DNA of 24,000 bases from Romboutsia hominis (lineage in GTDB: Bacteria > Bacillota > Clostridia > Peptostreptococcales > Peptostreptococcaceae): the NCBI RefSeq assembly GCF_900002575.1, contig NZ_LN650648.1, forward strand, positions 1,565,565 through 1,589,564, in the 5' to 3' direction. Below, one piece after another: positions 8,474-16,550 of this stretch. Positions within the stretch are counted from its first letter, which is position 1; each line of letters begins with the position of its first letter. A program made the position numbers and the translations under genes. The notes below the pieces were generated by a model that saw nothing but the letters and a program-made list of their open reading frames with translations, was not told where the DNA came from and did not search any database.

Positions 8474-9169
8474 TTATTTACTTTTAATTGAATCTAGTTT
8501 ATTTAATAATTTATAAAACTGTTCTTTATTTATTGATATATATTTTCTATTTACACAAATTAATTTTTCTTCTTTTAATTCTTTTAAGTTTCTATTTATT
8601 GTTCTTATAGAAAATCCTAATACTGACCCTATTTCTTCTCTTGTTTTATATATATATACAACATCTTTTTCTTCACTTTCAAATATATCTATTAAGTAAT
8701 TTATTAGTGAATAGATTGCTGGGTATGCAAGAACTTCTCCTTTATTTAAAGATTGTTCATACATACTTTTTGATACAAAGTGTAATATTTTTAATGTTAA
8801 ATCTTGGTCTAGTTTAATCCATTTTATAAAATCACTTGTAGATATTTTAAGCATTATACAATCTGTTATAGTTTTAAGTGTTGATGAGTAAGCTTGTTTA
8901 TTTGCCATAATTTCCATAACACCTATATATGCTATAGAATCTACATCGGCAAAACTATATACAAATCCATTTTCAAATTCATTTCTAACTTGCATTTTTC
9001 CATCAAGACTTATATATATGTCTTTTATATTTTCGCCTTTTAATGCTACTGTTTTTTCCTTTTTAATTTTTATAATTTCACATTTATTTTTTATATTATT
9101 GGGTATTTTATCTATAAATTCTTTTGTATGTTTATCTTGTGTATAATTAGAGAACACACTATCTTGCAT
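8474..9169 (-). CDS. Crp/Fnr-family transcriptional regulator
   Basis: 231 aa. N-terminal cNMP-binding-like beta-roll and C-terminal HTH (REEIGSVLGFSIRTINRNLKELKEEKLI). No FNR-type N-terminal Cys cluster. 27 nt upstream of yjjI. Confidence 0.8.
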   Translation of the reverse strand: MQDSVFSNYTQDKHTKEFIDKIPNNIKNKCEIIKIKKEKTVALKGENIKDIYISLDGKMQVRNEFENGFVYSFADVDSIAYIGVMEIMANKQAYSSTLKTITDCIMLKISTSDFIKWIKLDQDLTLKILHFVSKSMYEQSLNKGEVLAYPAIYSLINYLIDIFESEEKDVVYIYKTREEIGSVLGFSIRTINRNLKELKEEKLICVNRKYISINKEQFYKLLNKLDSIKSK

Positions 9170-9233
9170 ATTTTAAGTTTCTCCTAACTATTTAACTTTT
9201 ATTTTATTTTATCATTGTTTTACAAAAGTAAAA

Positions 9234-9245
9234 GGACATATGTCC
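9234..9245. promoter_or_regulatory. Perfect 12-bp palindrome GGACATATGTCC upstream of the Crp-like gene (candidate operator)
   Basis: GGACAT|ATGTCC is perfectly self-complementary. It extends to about 20 bp with one mismatch (AAAAGGACATATGTCCCTTT). It lies 65-76 nt upstream of the regulator start codon, and its G/C content is unusual for this AT-rich spacer. Confidence 0.25.
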
Positions 9246-9489
9246 CTTTATATTTTAAATAATGGCTACAAACATACCTATATTACAATAAATACTATTA
9301 GAAATAGATTTTTTAAACTTAATTAAGATAATATATTTCACTTTAAATTTAATGAAACTATTTTTTAATTGGAAAATAATTGAATACTGTATATAATATA
9401 ATCAAAGTTCGCAATTGATATATAATGCGAAATAAAGATATTTTAGATATCATATAGATAAATATGAATTTGTAAAGGGGATAATAGGT

Positions 9490-10059
9490 ATGAATACAGC
9501 AACATTTCTAGATATATTAGCAGTAGCAGAAAAACTAAAATGTAATACGAGACATTCATGGACATCGAGCGGACGCCATGAAAGTGTAGCAGAACATAGC
9601 TGGCGTATTGCATTAATGGCATTATTAATGCGTGATGAATTTCCAAAAATTGATATGGACAAGGTAATTCGTATGTGTTTGATTCATGATTTAGGTGAAG
9701 CCTTTACTGGTGATATTCCTGCTTTTGAAAAGAAAGAAGAAGATAGTAAAAAAGAAGATGAGGAACTTTTCAAATGGATAAAAACTTTCCCTAATCCTTA
9801 TCGTGAGGAATTCACAGAGCTTTTAAAGGAAATGAATGAACTAAATACTGATGAAGCAAAGCTTTACAAAGCATTAGACAATTTAGAAGCAGTCATTCAG
9901 CATAACGAGGCGGATATTAGTACTTGGATTCCGCTAGAATATGACTTACAGTTTACTTATGGTGCAGATAAGGTGAAATTTTCTCCTTATTTAAAAGAGC
10001 TAAAGGAAGAAATAGACCAAAGAACGACAGAAAAAATAGCTCAAAAGAAGGAAGCTTAG
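9490..10059 (+). CDS. HD-domain phosphohydrolase, YfbR-like 5'-deoxynucleotidase family
   Basis: 189 aa with GGGGA RBS. The H...HD...D metal-binding set reads RHESVAEHSW, CLIHDLGEAFTGDIP, ALDNLEAVIQHNEAD, as in HD_3/YfbR-type nucleotidases. Confidence 0.75.
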   Translation: MNTATFLDILAVAEKLKCNTRHSWTSSGRHESVAEHSWRIALMALLMRDEFPKIDMDKVIRMCLIHDLGEAFTGDIPAFEKKEEDSKKEDEELFKWIKTFPNPYREEFTELLKEMNELNTDEAKLYKALDNLEAVIQHNEADISTWIPLEYDLQFTYGADKVKFSPYLKELKEEIDQRTTEKIAQKKEA

Positions 10060-10110
10060 TTATTTAGAATAAAGGCTATGTTAGCTAACTTTGTTATAAA
10101 TATCAATTTA

Positions 10111-10164
10111 AAATAACTCTATCTTAGTCATTGAAATGTTGAGTATACTAAGATAGAGTTATTT
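10111..10164 (+). terminator. Long perfect hairpin downstream of the HD gene (terminator-like)
   Basis: 18-bp perfect arms AAATAACTCTATCTTAGT (10111-10128) / ACTAAGATAGAGTTATTT (10147-10164) with an 18-nt loop. Only a weak T-tract follows, so its terminator function is uncertain. Confidence 0.45.
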
Positions 10165-10179
10165 CGTAATTTATTAATA

Positions 10180-10310
10180 TTATTCTTTAATATCTTCTGT
10201 TGTAAGTATTGCGTTCTTATCTATCCCTGAATATTGATAACCTGTAACTTTAATTCCAACTAATACTGTTAATGCTATTCCTATGATTATTTTTTACCTT
10301 TTGATTTCAT
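10180..10310 (-). pseudogene. Possible small membrane-anchored peptide gene interrupted by a frameshift in an A6 run
   Basis: GGGGGATAAAA-ATG on the minus strand (ATG = complement of 10308-10310) reads MKSKGKK then TAA. With one more A in the A6 run (complement of 10290-10295) it would read MKSKGKKIIIGIALTVLVGIKVTGYQYSGIDKNAILTTEDIKE*, ending at 10180. Confidence 0.25.
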
Positions 10311-10506
10311 TTTTATCCCCCATGATATATTTTCTTGTTTATTGTACAATTTTGATCCCTAGTTAAAATGCATTTGTTATAATTATGATAATATATTTTT
10401 ATGGTGAGTGTATATATTTATATTATTTTTGTTGTAGTGTTTTATTTTTTGATGTATTTATAATTTTCATCACTACGCATTATATTTTAATAAATTTATG
10501 TATAAG

Positions 10507-10537
10507 TAAAACCACCTTAATATTAATCAAGGTGGTA
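10507..10537 (-). terminator. Rho-independent terminator after the esterase gene
   Basis: Stem ACCACCTT (10511-10518) / AAGGTGGT (10529-10536). The A-run at 10508-10510 and beyond gives a U-tract on the minus transcript. Confidence 0.65.
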
Positions 10538-10573
10538 ATAAAATCTATTTTATATTATTTTCATAATCCTAGT

Positions 10574-11680
10574 TTATTTACTATACTTTAAAATAAAGTT
10601 CCCCATTTCAATTGCACAATCTTCACTTTGTGGATAAACGCCTATATTATCTCCATATGCATGACCAAATCCTTTATACAGTACTGTTGTAGTGTCAACA
10701 CCAGCTTTAACAAGCTTTGCAGCATAAGCTAAACATTCTACCTTTAAAAAATCATGTTCTCCAACTGTAATAAATGTAGGAGGTAATCCTTTTAGATCTC
10801 TAATATACGGACTCAAATATCCATTTTTAATTTCATCTGTACCTAATATATCTTTTAACCCACCTGATAATCCATCAAACATGTTTAGCATAAACTCTAT
10901 GCCTGATTTATGTTTAGGAGACATTTCATATTCATCCTTACTCCATTTAAAGAATTCATCTTCTTCATTAGCCATATTTACAGTAGGGTAAAGTAATAAT
11001 TGTCCTTTTACCATACCTAAGTTAGCTTCAAAATCTTTAGTAGTACAATATTGAGTTAGGTTTCCACCAGCACTATCTCCTGCTACAAATATATTATTCT
11101 TATCTCCACCTAGACTTTCTGCATTATCACAAATCCACTTTAACACAGAATAACAATCTTCATGACCAGTTGGATATGGATTTTCTGGTGCTAAACGGTA
11201 ATCAACTGAAAAAGCTAGTATGTCTGTTTTTTCAACAATTAACTTTACTAACTCCTCAACAACATCAGGTGAGCCTCCAAAGAATCCACCACCATGAATA
11301 AAGTAAAGAACTGGAGCATTTTCCTTCATAGTTTCAGATTTATATATACGTACTGGTATTTTATATCCATCATTAGCTTCAACATGTTCATTTATAATAT
11401 CAATATTTTTTTCAACAATCGGAATACTCTTAATCTCACCAAACATATTTCTTAATCTACCAATTGATTTTAAAGATGCATCCATATTCAACATGCTTTT
11501 AGGCATAAGTTTCATTATTTTTAGTTGTTTTTTCATATCATTATAAAGACGAGGATCCATTGCCCCTCTTTCATCACTATCAGGTAAGTTCTTCACTAAA
11601 ACTTTTGCACCTTTAATATCGACTATTTCTTGTTTTTTTACAATATTATCTAATAATTCTTTTGAATATTTTCTACTCAT
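10574..11680 (-). CDS. Alpha/beta hydrolase, hormone-sensitive-lipase (Aes-like, fold-3) family carboxylesterase
   Basis: 368 aa. Oxyanion motif HGGGFFGG, nucleophile elbow GDSAGG, C-terminal HAYG-type His region. GGGGAG RBS. Confidence 0.85.
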   Translation of the reverse strand: MSRKYSKELLDNIVKKQEIVDIKGAKVLVKNLPDSDERGAMDPRLYNDMKKQLKIMKLMPKSMLNMDASLKSIGRLRNMFGEIKSIPIVEKNIDIINEHVEANDGYKIPVRIYKSETMKENAPVLYFIHGGGFFGGSPDVVEELVKLIVEKTDILAFSVDYRLAPENPYPTGHEDCYSVLKWICDNAESLGGDKNNIFVAGDSAGGNLTQYCTTKDFEANLGMVKGQLLLYPTVNMANEEDEFFKWSKDEYEMSPKHKSGIEFMLNMFDGLSGGLKDILGTDEIKNGYLSPYIRDLKGLPPTFITVGEHDFLKVECLAYAAKLVKAGVDTTTVLYKGFGHAYGDNIGVYPQSEDCAIEMGNFILKYSK

Positions 11681-11830
11681 CTTTACGCTCCCCTTTTTAT
11701 TGATTATATTTTTTTAATGTCCATTTTACTAAACGTTTTCATGTATTATAAAAAAATAAACCCATAATTTGTTTATATTCAAATATATGCGTTTATTTTA
11801 CTCATTAAAATTTTATCATTTCTTATTAAG

Positions 11831-12718
11831 TTATTGTTTCCATTTTTTGTTCTCTTTTTGGTTATTTTTTGACGCTTTAAAATACTTACGGTATTTAAGT
11901 GGAGTCATATTATACTTTTGTTTAAACACACTTATAAAAGACTTTATATTTGAAAATCCATGAAAAGATGCAATATCTTGGATGTTGTCATCACTATTAA
12001 TTATATCTTCATAAGCTTTAGAAAGCCTAAAGTTATTTAAATAAGCTTTATATGTAACTCCAAACCACTTATGAAATTTTCTTGAAAAATATTCACTACT
12101 CATATAAAAATGCTTAGAAATATGTTCTAAAGTTAATTCTTTCTTATAATTTTCACTTATATAAATTAAAATTTCTTTTTGCCTTTCTTTATACTTAAAA
12201 TAATTATTTGTATAATTATCTTCTTTTTGAATCCTATAATTAGTTAATAAAATATATAAAATTTCATAAATATATGAGTTTATCTTAATATAGTCTAATT
12301 CATTTTTATTTAAAGAAAATTCTTTTATTTCTAAGAAAATCTCCTGTAATCTATCCTTTTTACAATTTGAATTCATAATATCAAACTGTATACTATCAAT
12401 ATTTGGATATACTTTTTTTATAAAGTCATAAGATAAAACTAAAATAACAACCCCACATAATTTGCCTTGATATTTCTCAAATTCATGAACATCTCCACTA
12501 TTTACAAGAACGAAATCTCCACTCTTTGCACTAATACTTTTGCCATTAATAAAACCCATTAATTCCCCTTCAGTTACAAAATTAATTTCAATACTTCTAT
12601 GCCAATGAGAATGAATATAGTAATGTCTTTTCACATCAGTATTTTCTTTTCCAAAATATCCTAATAAGGCTGGTAAATTAGGATTTAGGTTTATTTTTTC
12701 ATATATAACATTATTCAT
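11831..12718 (-). CDS. AraC-family transcriptional regulator with N-terminal cupin sensor domain
   Basis: Cupin-like N terminus (HSHWHRSIEINFV...GDVHEF) and C-terminal AraC double HTH (LEHISKHFYMSSEYFSRKFHKWFGVTYKAYL...GFSNIKSFISVFKQKYNMTPLKYR). The track ORF starts at a GTG (12730). The ATG at 12718 has GGAG 6 nt upstream. Confidence 0.85.
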   Translation of the reverse strand: MNNVIYEKINLNPNLPALLGYFGKENTDVKRHYYIHSHWHRSIEINFVTEGELMGFINGKSISAKSGDFVLVNSGDVHEFEKYQGKLCGVVILVLSYDFIKKVYPNIDSIQFDIMNSNCKKDRLQEIFLEIKEFSLNKNELDYIKINSYIYEILYILLTNYRIQKEDNYTNNYFKYKERQKEILIYISENYKKELTLEHISKHFYMSSEYFSRKFHKWFGVTYKAYLNNFRLSKAYEDIINSDDNIQDIASFHGFSNIKSFISVFKQKYNMTPLKYRKYFKASKNNQKENKKWKQ

Positions 12719-12816
12719 AATAATCTCCACTCTAAAACTTCTAAAAAAATATATTTAAATTATCTAAGTTCAGTTATTTAATTAATTTCTATTATAATTT
12801 ACATTTACATAATTTA

Positions 12817-14058
12817 CTATAGCCTAGCAGAATCTCTAAACTTTTTTGGAGTTACCCCTGTAAACCTTTTAAATATTTTAGTAAAATAGCTTTGATCATT
12901 AAAATGTAGCAATACAGATATTTCTAAAATTGAATAATCATCTAATAAAAGCAATCTCTTTGCTTCTTCAACTTTTTCTTTTAAAATATATTCACTTATA
13001 GTAATACCCACCTCTTTTTTAAAAAGCCTAGATATGTAGCTAGTATTAAAATTAATATGCTCACATATATCCTCTAAAGATATATTACTATATAAGTTTT
13101 GATATATAAAAGAAATGCAAGCTAGTATAGGGCTTGAAAAATTATTATTTTTTAAAATACGAACTCGATCAGAAAAATCACAAGCCATAGTTATTCTTAA
13201 ATTATTTAAATCATTGAGTGTATTAAGTTCTTCAATATGTTGAATATAAGAGTCACTAAGTGTATATGCAACTTCCGTATTCATTCCACCAGCAATTGCA
13301 GCACGAGTTACTAAGGTAGCAGTGGTAATTAACAAATTTTTTAATGATCTTATTGAATTATTCTTAGCTAAAACACCATAATTGCCAATTACAGGATCGC
13401 TCAAAACTTTAATTAGCTTCTCTTTGTTCCCAGTTCTTATACAGTCCATAATTGCCTCTTCATACATAAACGGATGATGAAAAACATCATTTTTTCTAGC
13501 TAAAGTGGCTATATTTTCAAAATTGCTAGAAATATTACTGATTATATCGTTGTTATAAGAGTTTGTTTTTATAACATCATCAAAACTTATCTTTTTATTG
13601 TAAATTAGATAATAAGATAGAATACTTGTATTTATAAATGTATTAAAATCTATAATTGGTAAAGAATTATAATATTTTAATAAAATATTCTTTTCTTCAA
13701 GAGTTATCTTATGTAGAAAAATATTATCTATATTATCAAATTCAATGTGCTCATAAAGGCAAGGTCCAATAATAAAAGTACCAATAAATTCATTATCAAT
13801 ACAAAGTCCAATAGATATAAAATTTTCCATATACTCTGTAGATTTAATCACAGGAACAGGTGCAAACGTATTTAAGTTAAAGTTTTTTGAAATAGATTTT
13901 ATTAATCTATCATCAATTATATCTAAATTATTCTTACCCTTTGTAGAGTATTTCAATGAGCCATCTTTACTAAAAAAATATAAAGGTATTTTTAAAGTAT
14001 CAAATATAATATTACAAATAAAATTTATATCATTACACATTTCTGTTTTTAAAATCAT
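12817..14058 (-). CDS. AraC-family transcriptional regulator with large uncharacterised N-terminal domain
   Basis: 413 aa. C-terminal AraC HTH (LEDICEHINFNTSYISRLFKKEVGITISEYI...FNDQSYFTKIFKRFTGVTPKKFR). The roughly 300-aa N-terminal domain has no motif I recognise. GGGGA RBS. Confidence 0.8.
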   Translation of the reverse strand: MILKTEMCNDINFICNIIFDTLKIPLYFFSKDGSLKYSTKGKNNLDIIDDRLIKSISKNFNLNTFAPVPVIKSTEYMENFISIGLCIDNEFIGTFIIGPCLYEHIEFDNIDNIFLHKITLEEKNILLKYYNSLPIIDFNTFINTSILSYYLIYNKKISFDDVIKTNSYNNDIISNISSNFENIATLARKNDVFHHPFMYEEAIMDCIRTGNKEKLIKVLSDPVIGNYGVLAKNNSIRSLKNLLITTATLVTRAAIAGGMNTEVAYTLSDSYIQHIEELNTLNDLNNLRITMACDFSDRVRILKNNNFSSPILACISFIYQNLYSNISLEDICEHINFNTSYISRLFKKEVGITISEYILKEKVEEAKRLLLLDDYSILEISVLLHFNDQSYFTKIFKRFTGVTPKKFRDSARL

Positions 14059-14152
14059 AAAAAATCCCCTTTAGTCAAAATAATAATAAAAAAGCAAAAT
14101 AATACAAAAATTATACTATTATTATTGATAATATATTATATATAACTAAACA

Positions 14153-14169
14153 ATCAAGTCATACTTGAT
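14153..14169. promoter_or_regulatory. 17-bp inverted repeat ATCAAGT-CAT-ACTTGAT in the divergent AraC/GH3 promoter region (candidate operator)
   Basis: Perfect 7-bp arms with a 3-nt spacer, 54 nt upstream of the GH3 start and 95 nt upstream of the divergent AraC start. Confidence 0.3.
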
Positions 14170-14222
14170 AGTGATATTTAAAATAATCATCAATAAGGTA
14201 AATCAAAATAAAAAGGGGAATT

Positions 14223-16480
14223 ATGACTATGAAAAAATGGAAAGAAATTAAAAAACATGGCTATAATATTATCTTAAATGAAGGTGGTCAAAATATAGCT
14301 TATTCACCTAACTCAGGAGTTAAAATAATTGAAGAAGATGGATATGCTTTTAAAAACTTAAGTAAAAGTGGAAAATTAGAAAAATATGAAGACTGGAGAT
14401 TACCAGTAGAAGAAAGAGCTAAAGATTTAGCATCAAAAATGAGTATAGAGCAAATAGCAGGGCTAATGCTTTATAGTGCACATCAATCTATTTCAACTAA
14501 AGATGACTTTTTCTCTAAGGCATTTGCAGGTACATATAATGGTAAAAAACTAGAGGAATGTGATGCTAAAATAACTGATTTAACTGATCAACAAAAGAAT
14601 TTCTTGTTAAATGATAACTTAAGACATGTATTAATAACCGTAGTAGACGATGCTAAGACTTCTGCTGTGTGGAATAACAATGTACAAGCTTTTGTAGAAA
14701 AAACAGGATTAGGAATACCAGTAAATACAAGTAGTGACCCAAGACATGGTGCAAGTGCAGATACAGAATTTAATGCAGGTGCAGGTGGTGATATTTCAAA
14801 ATGGCCAGAGCCACTAGGTCTTGCTGCTACTTTTGATAGTGAATTAGTTAGAAATTTTGGGCATATCGCAGCTAAAGAATATAGAGCTTTAGGAATAGCT
14901 ACAGCTTTATCTCCACAGGTAGATATAGCAACAGAACCAAGATGGATGAGATTTAATGGTACTCTTGGAGAAGACCCAATTTTATCAAGAGATTTAGGTG
15001 AGGCATATTGTGATGGCTTCCAAACTTCATATGGTGAAAATGAGATAAATGATGGTTGGGGATATGATAGTGTAAATGCAATGGTTAAACATTGGCCAGG
15101 TGGAGGTAGTGGAGAAGGTGGTAGAGATGCTCACTATGCTTATGGTAAGTTTGCTGTATATCCAGGAAATAATTTTGATGACCATCTAATACCTTTTACA
15201 GAAGGTGCCTTTAAATTAAAAGGAAAAACTAAAAAAGCTTCTGCCGTAATGCCATACTACACTATATCTTATAATCAAGATAAGAAAAATGGTGAAAATG
15301 TAGGTAATTCATATAACAAATATATAATAAATGATTTATTAAGAGATGAATATAAATACGATGGAGTTGTATGTACAGACTGGATGATTACTAAAGATAA
15401 TCACGTAGTTGACGCATTCATATCAGGAAAGTGTTGGGGTGTTGAGACTCTTTCAGAAGATGAAAGACATTACAAAGCACTTATGGCTGGTGTTGACCAA
15501 TTTGGAGGAAATAATGAAGTTAAACCAGTACTTAATGCATATGAAATGGGTGTTAAGGAACATGGAGAAGAATTTATGCGTGCTAGATTTGAAAAATCAG
15601 CAGCAAGGTTATTACTTAATATTTTCAGAACAGGATTATTTGAAAATCCATATGTAGATGTAGATAAGTCTCAAGAATTAGTAGGTAACCCTGAATTTAT
15701 GCAAGCTGGATATGATGCACAATTAAAATCATTAATTATGTTAAAAAATAAAAATAACGTACTTCCAATAAATGAAAGAAAAAAGTATATATTCCAAAAA
15801 GAAAAATAAAAGAAAGTAAGGACTGGTTTGGTAATGTAATACCTGCTAGAGAAATTGATCCTGTTAGTAAAGTTATAGTAGAAAAATACTTTAATGTTGT
15901 AGATGATGCAAAAGATGCTGATTTTTCAATAGTATTTATAGAATCTCCTAAAACTGTTGGATATACAAAAGAAGAAGGATACTTACCAATAAGTTTACAA
16001 TATAGACCATACACTGCAGTAAATGCAAGAGAAACAAGTATTGCAGGAGGTGACCCATTAGAATCATCAACTAATAGATCTTACTTAGGAAAAACTAACT
16101 TTGCTAGTAATGAATCAGATTTAGATATAATACTAGAAACAAGAAAAGCTATTGGTAAAAAACCTGTAATAGTATCTTTAAATATGACAAATCCAACTAT
16201 AGTAGGAGAATTTGAGCAATATGTAGATGGAATAATCACAGACTTTGGAGCACAAACACAAGCTATAATGGATATAATTAGTGGAAATGTAAATCCAAGT
16301 GGATTGTTACCATTTAATATGCCTGCTAATATGGAAACTGTAGAGGCGCAATGTGAAGATGTTCCTCATGATATGAAGTGTTATGAAGATGAATTAGGAA
16401 ATGTATATAAGTTTGCATATGGCCTTGATTTTAATGGAGTTATAAATGACAGCAGAGTAGCAAAATATAAAATTAAATAA
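14223..16480 (+). pseudogene. Glycoside hydrolase family 3 (beta-glucosidase/xylosidase-like), split by a -1 frameshift at 15779-15785
   Basis: The N-terminal ORF 14223..15809 carries GH3 motifs (SDPRHG, KHWPGGGSGEGGRDAH, nucleophile motif GVVCTDW). The -1 frame is open from 15776 to the stop at 16478-16480 and reads VYIPKRKIKESKDWFGNVIPAREIDPV...PVIVSLNMTNPTIVGEF...LPFNMP, a GH3 C-terminal domain. The total of about 752 codons is a normal GH3 length. ORF 16184..16480 is only the Met-delimited tail. Confidence 0.85.
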
Positions 16481-16500
16481 GTAATTTAATATTTATAAAT

Positions 16501-16541
16501 AAAAAACCTCGACAAGACATTTATGTATTGTCGAGGTTTTT
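16501..16541. terminator. Bidirectional rho-independent terminator between convergent GH3 and dctM
   Basis: AAAAAA-CCTCGACAA (16507-16515) / TTGTCGAGG (16528-16536)-TTTTT. 9-bp GC-containing stem, 12-nt loop, with A-run and T-run flanks. Confidence 0.85.
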
Positions 16542-16550
16542 ATGATGGGT

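Noticed and set aside
9336-9357. Inverted repeat TTTCA-N12-TGAAA (with inner TTAAATTTAA) upstream of the Crp-like gene
   Set aside because: Short arms made almost entirely of A/T in an AT-rich spacer are expected by chance. It does not match the FNR or CRP consensus.
9443-9662. Two overlapping minus-strand ORFs (67 and 70 aa) across the HD gene start
   Set aside because: They overlap each other and the well-supported HD CDS on the opposite strand. They have no RBS and no recognisable motifs.
10385-10591. 68-aa + ORF in the AT-rich spacer
   Set aside because: The I/F/Y/L-rich translation reflects AT-rich non-coding DNA. It runs through the esterase terminator hairpin and into the esterase 3' end, and it has no RBS.
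11769-11963. 64-aa + ORF between the esterase and AraC genes
   Set aside because: It overlaps the 3' end of the AraC gene in antisense. It is a low-complexity F/L/Y-rich product with no RBS.
15409-16014. ORFs 15409..15657 (+) and 15736..16014 (-) within the GH3 locus
   Set aside because: The first is an alternative frame of the GH3 catalytic domain. The second is antisense across the frameshift region. The GH3 frames explain the coding signal.
16184-16480. 98-aa ORF as an independent small gene
   Set aside because: Its frame stays open upstream to 15776 without a Met and encodes contiguous GH3 C-terminal-domain sequence. It is the tail of the frameshifted GH3, not a separate gene.
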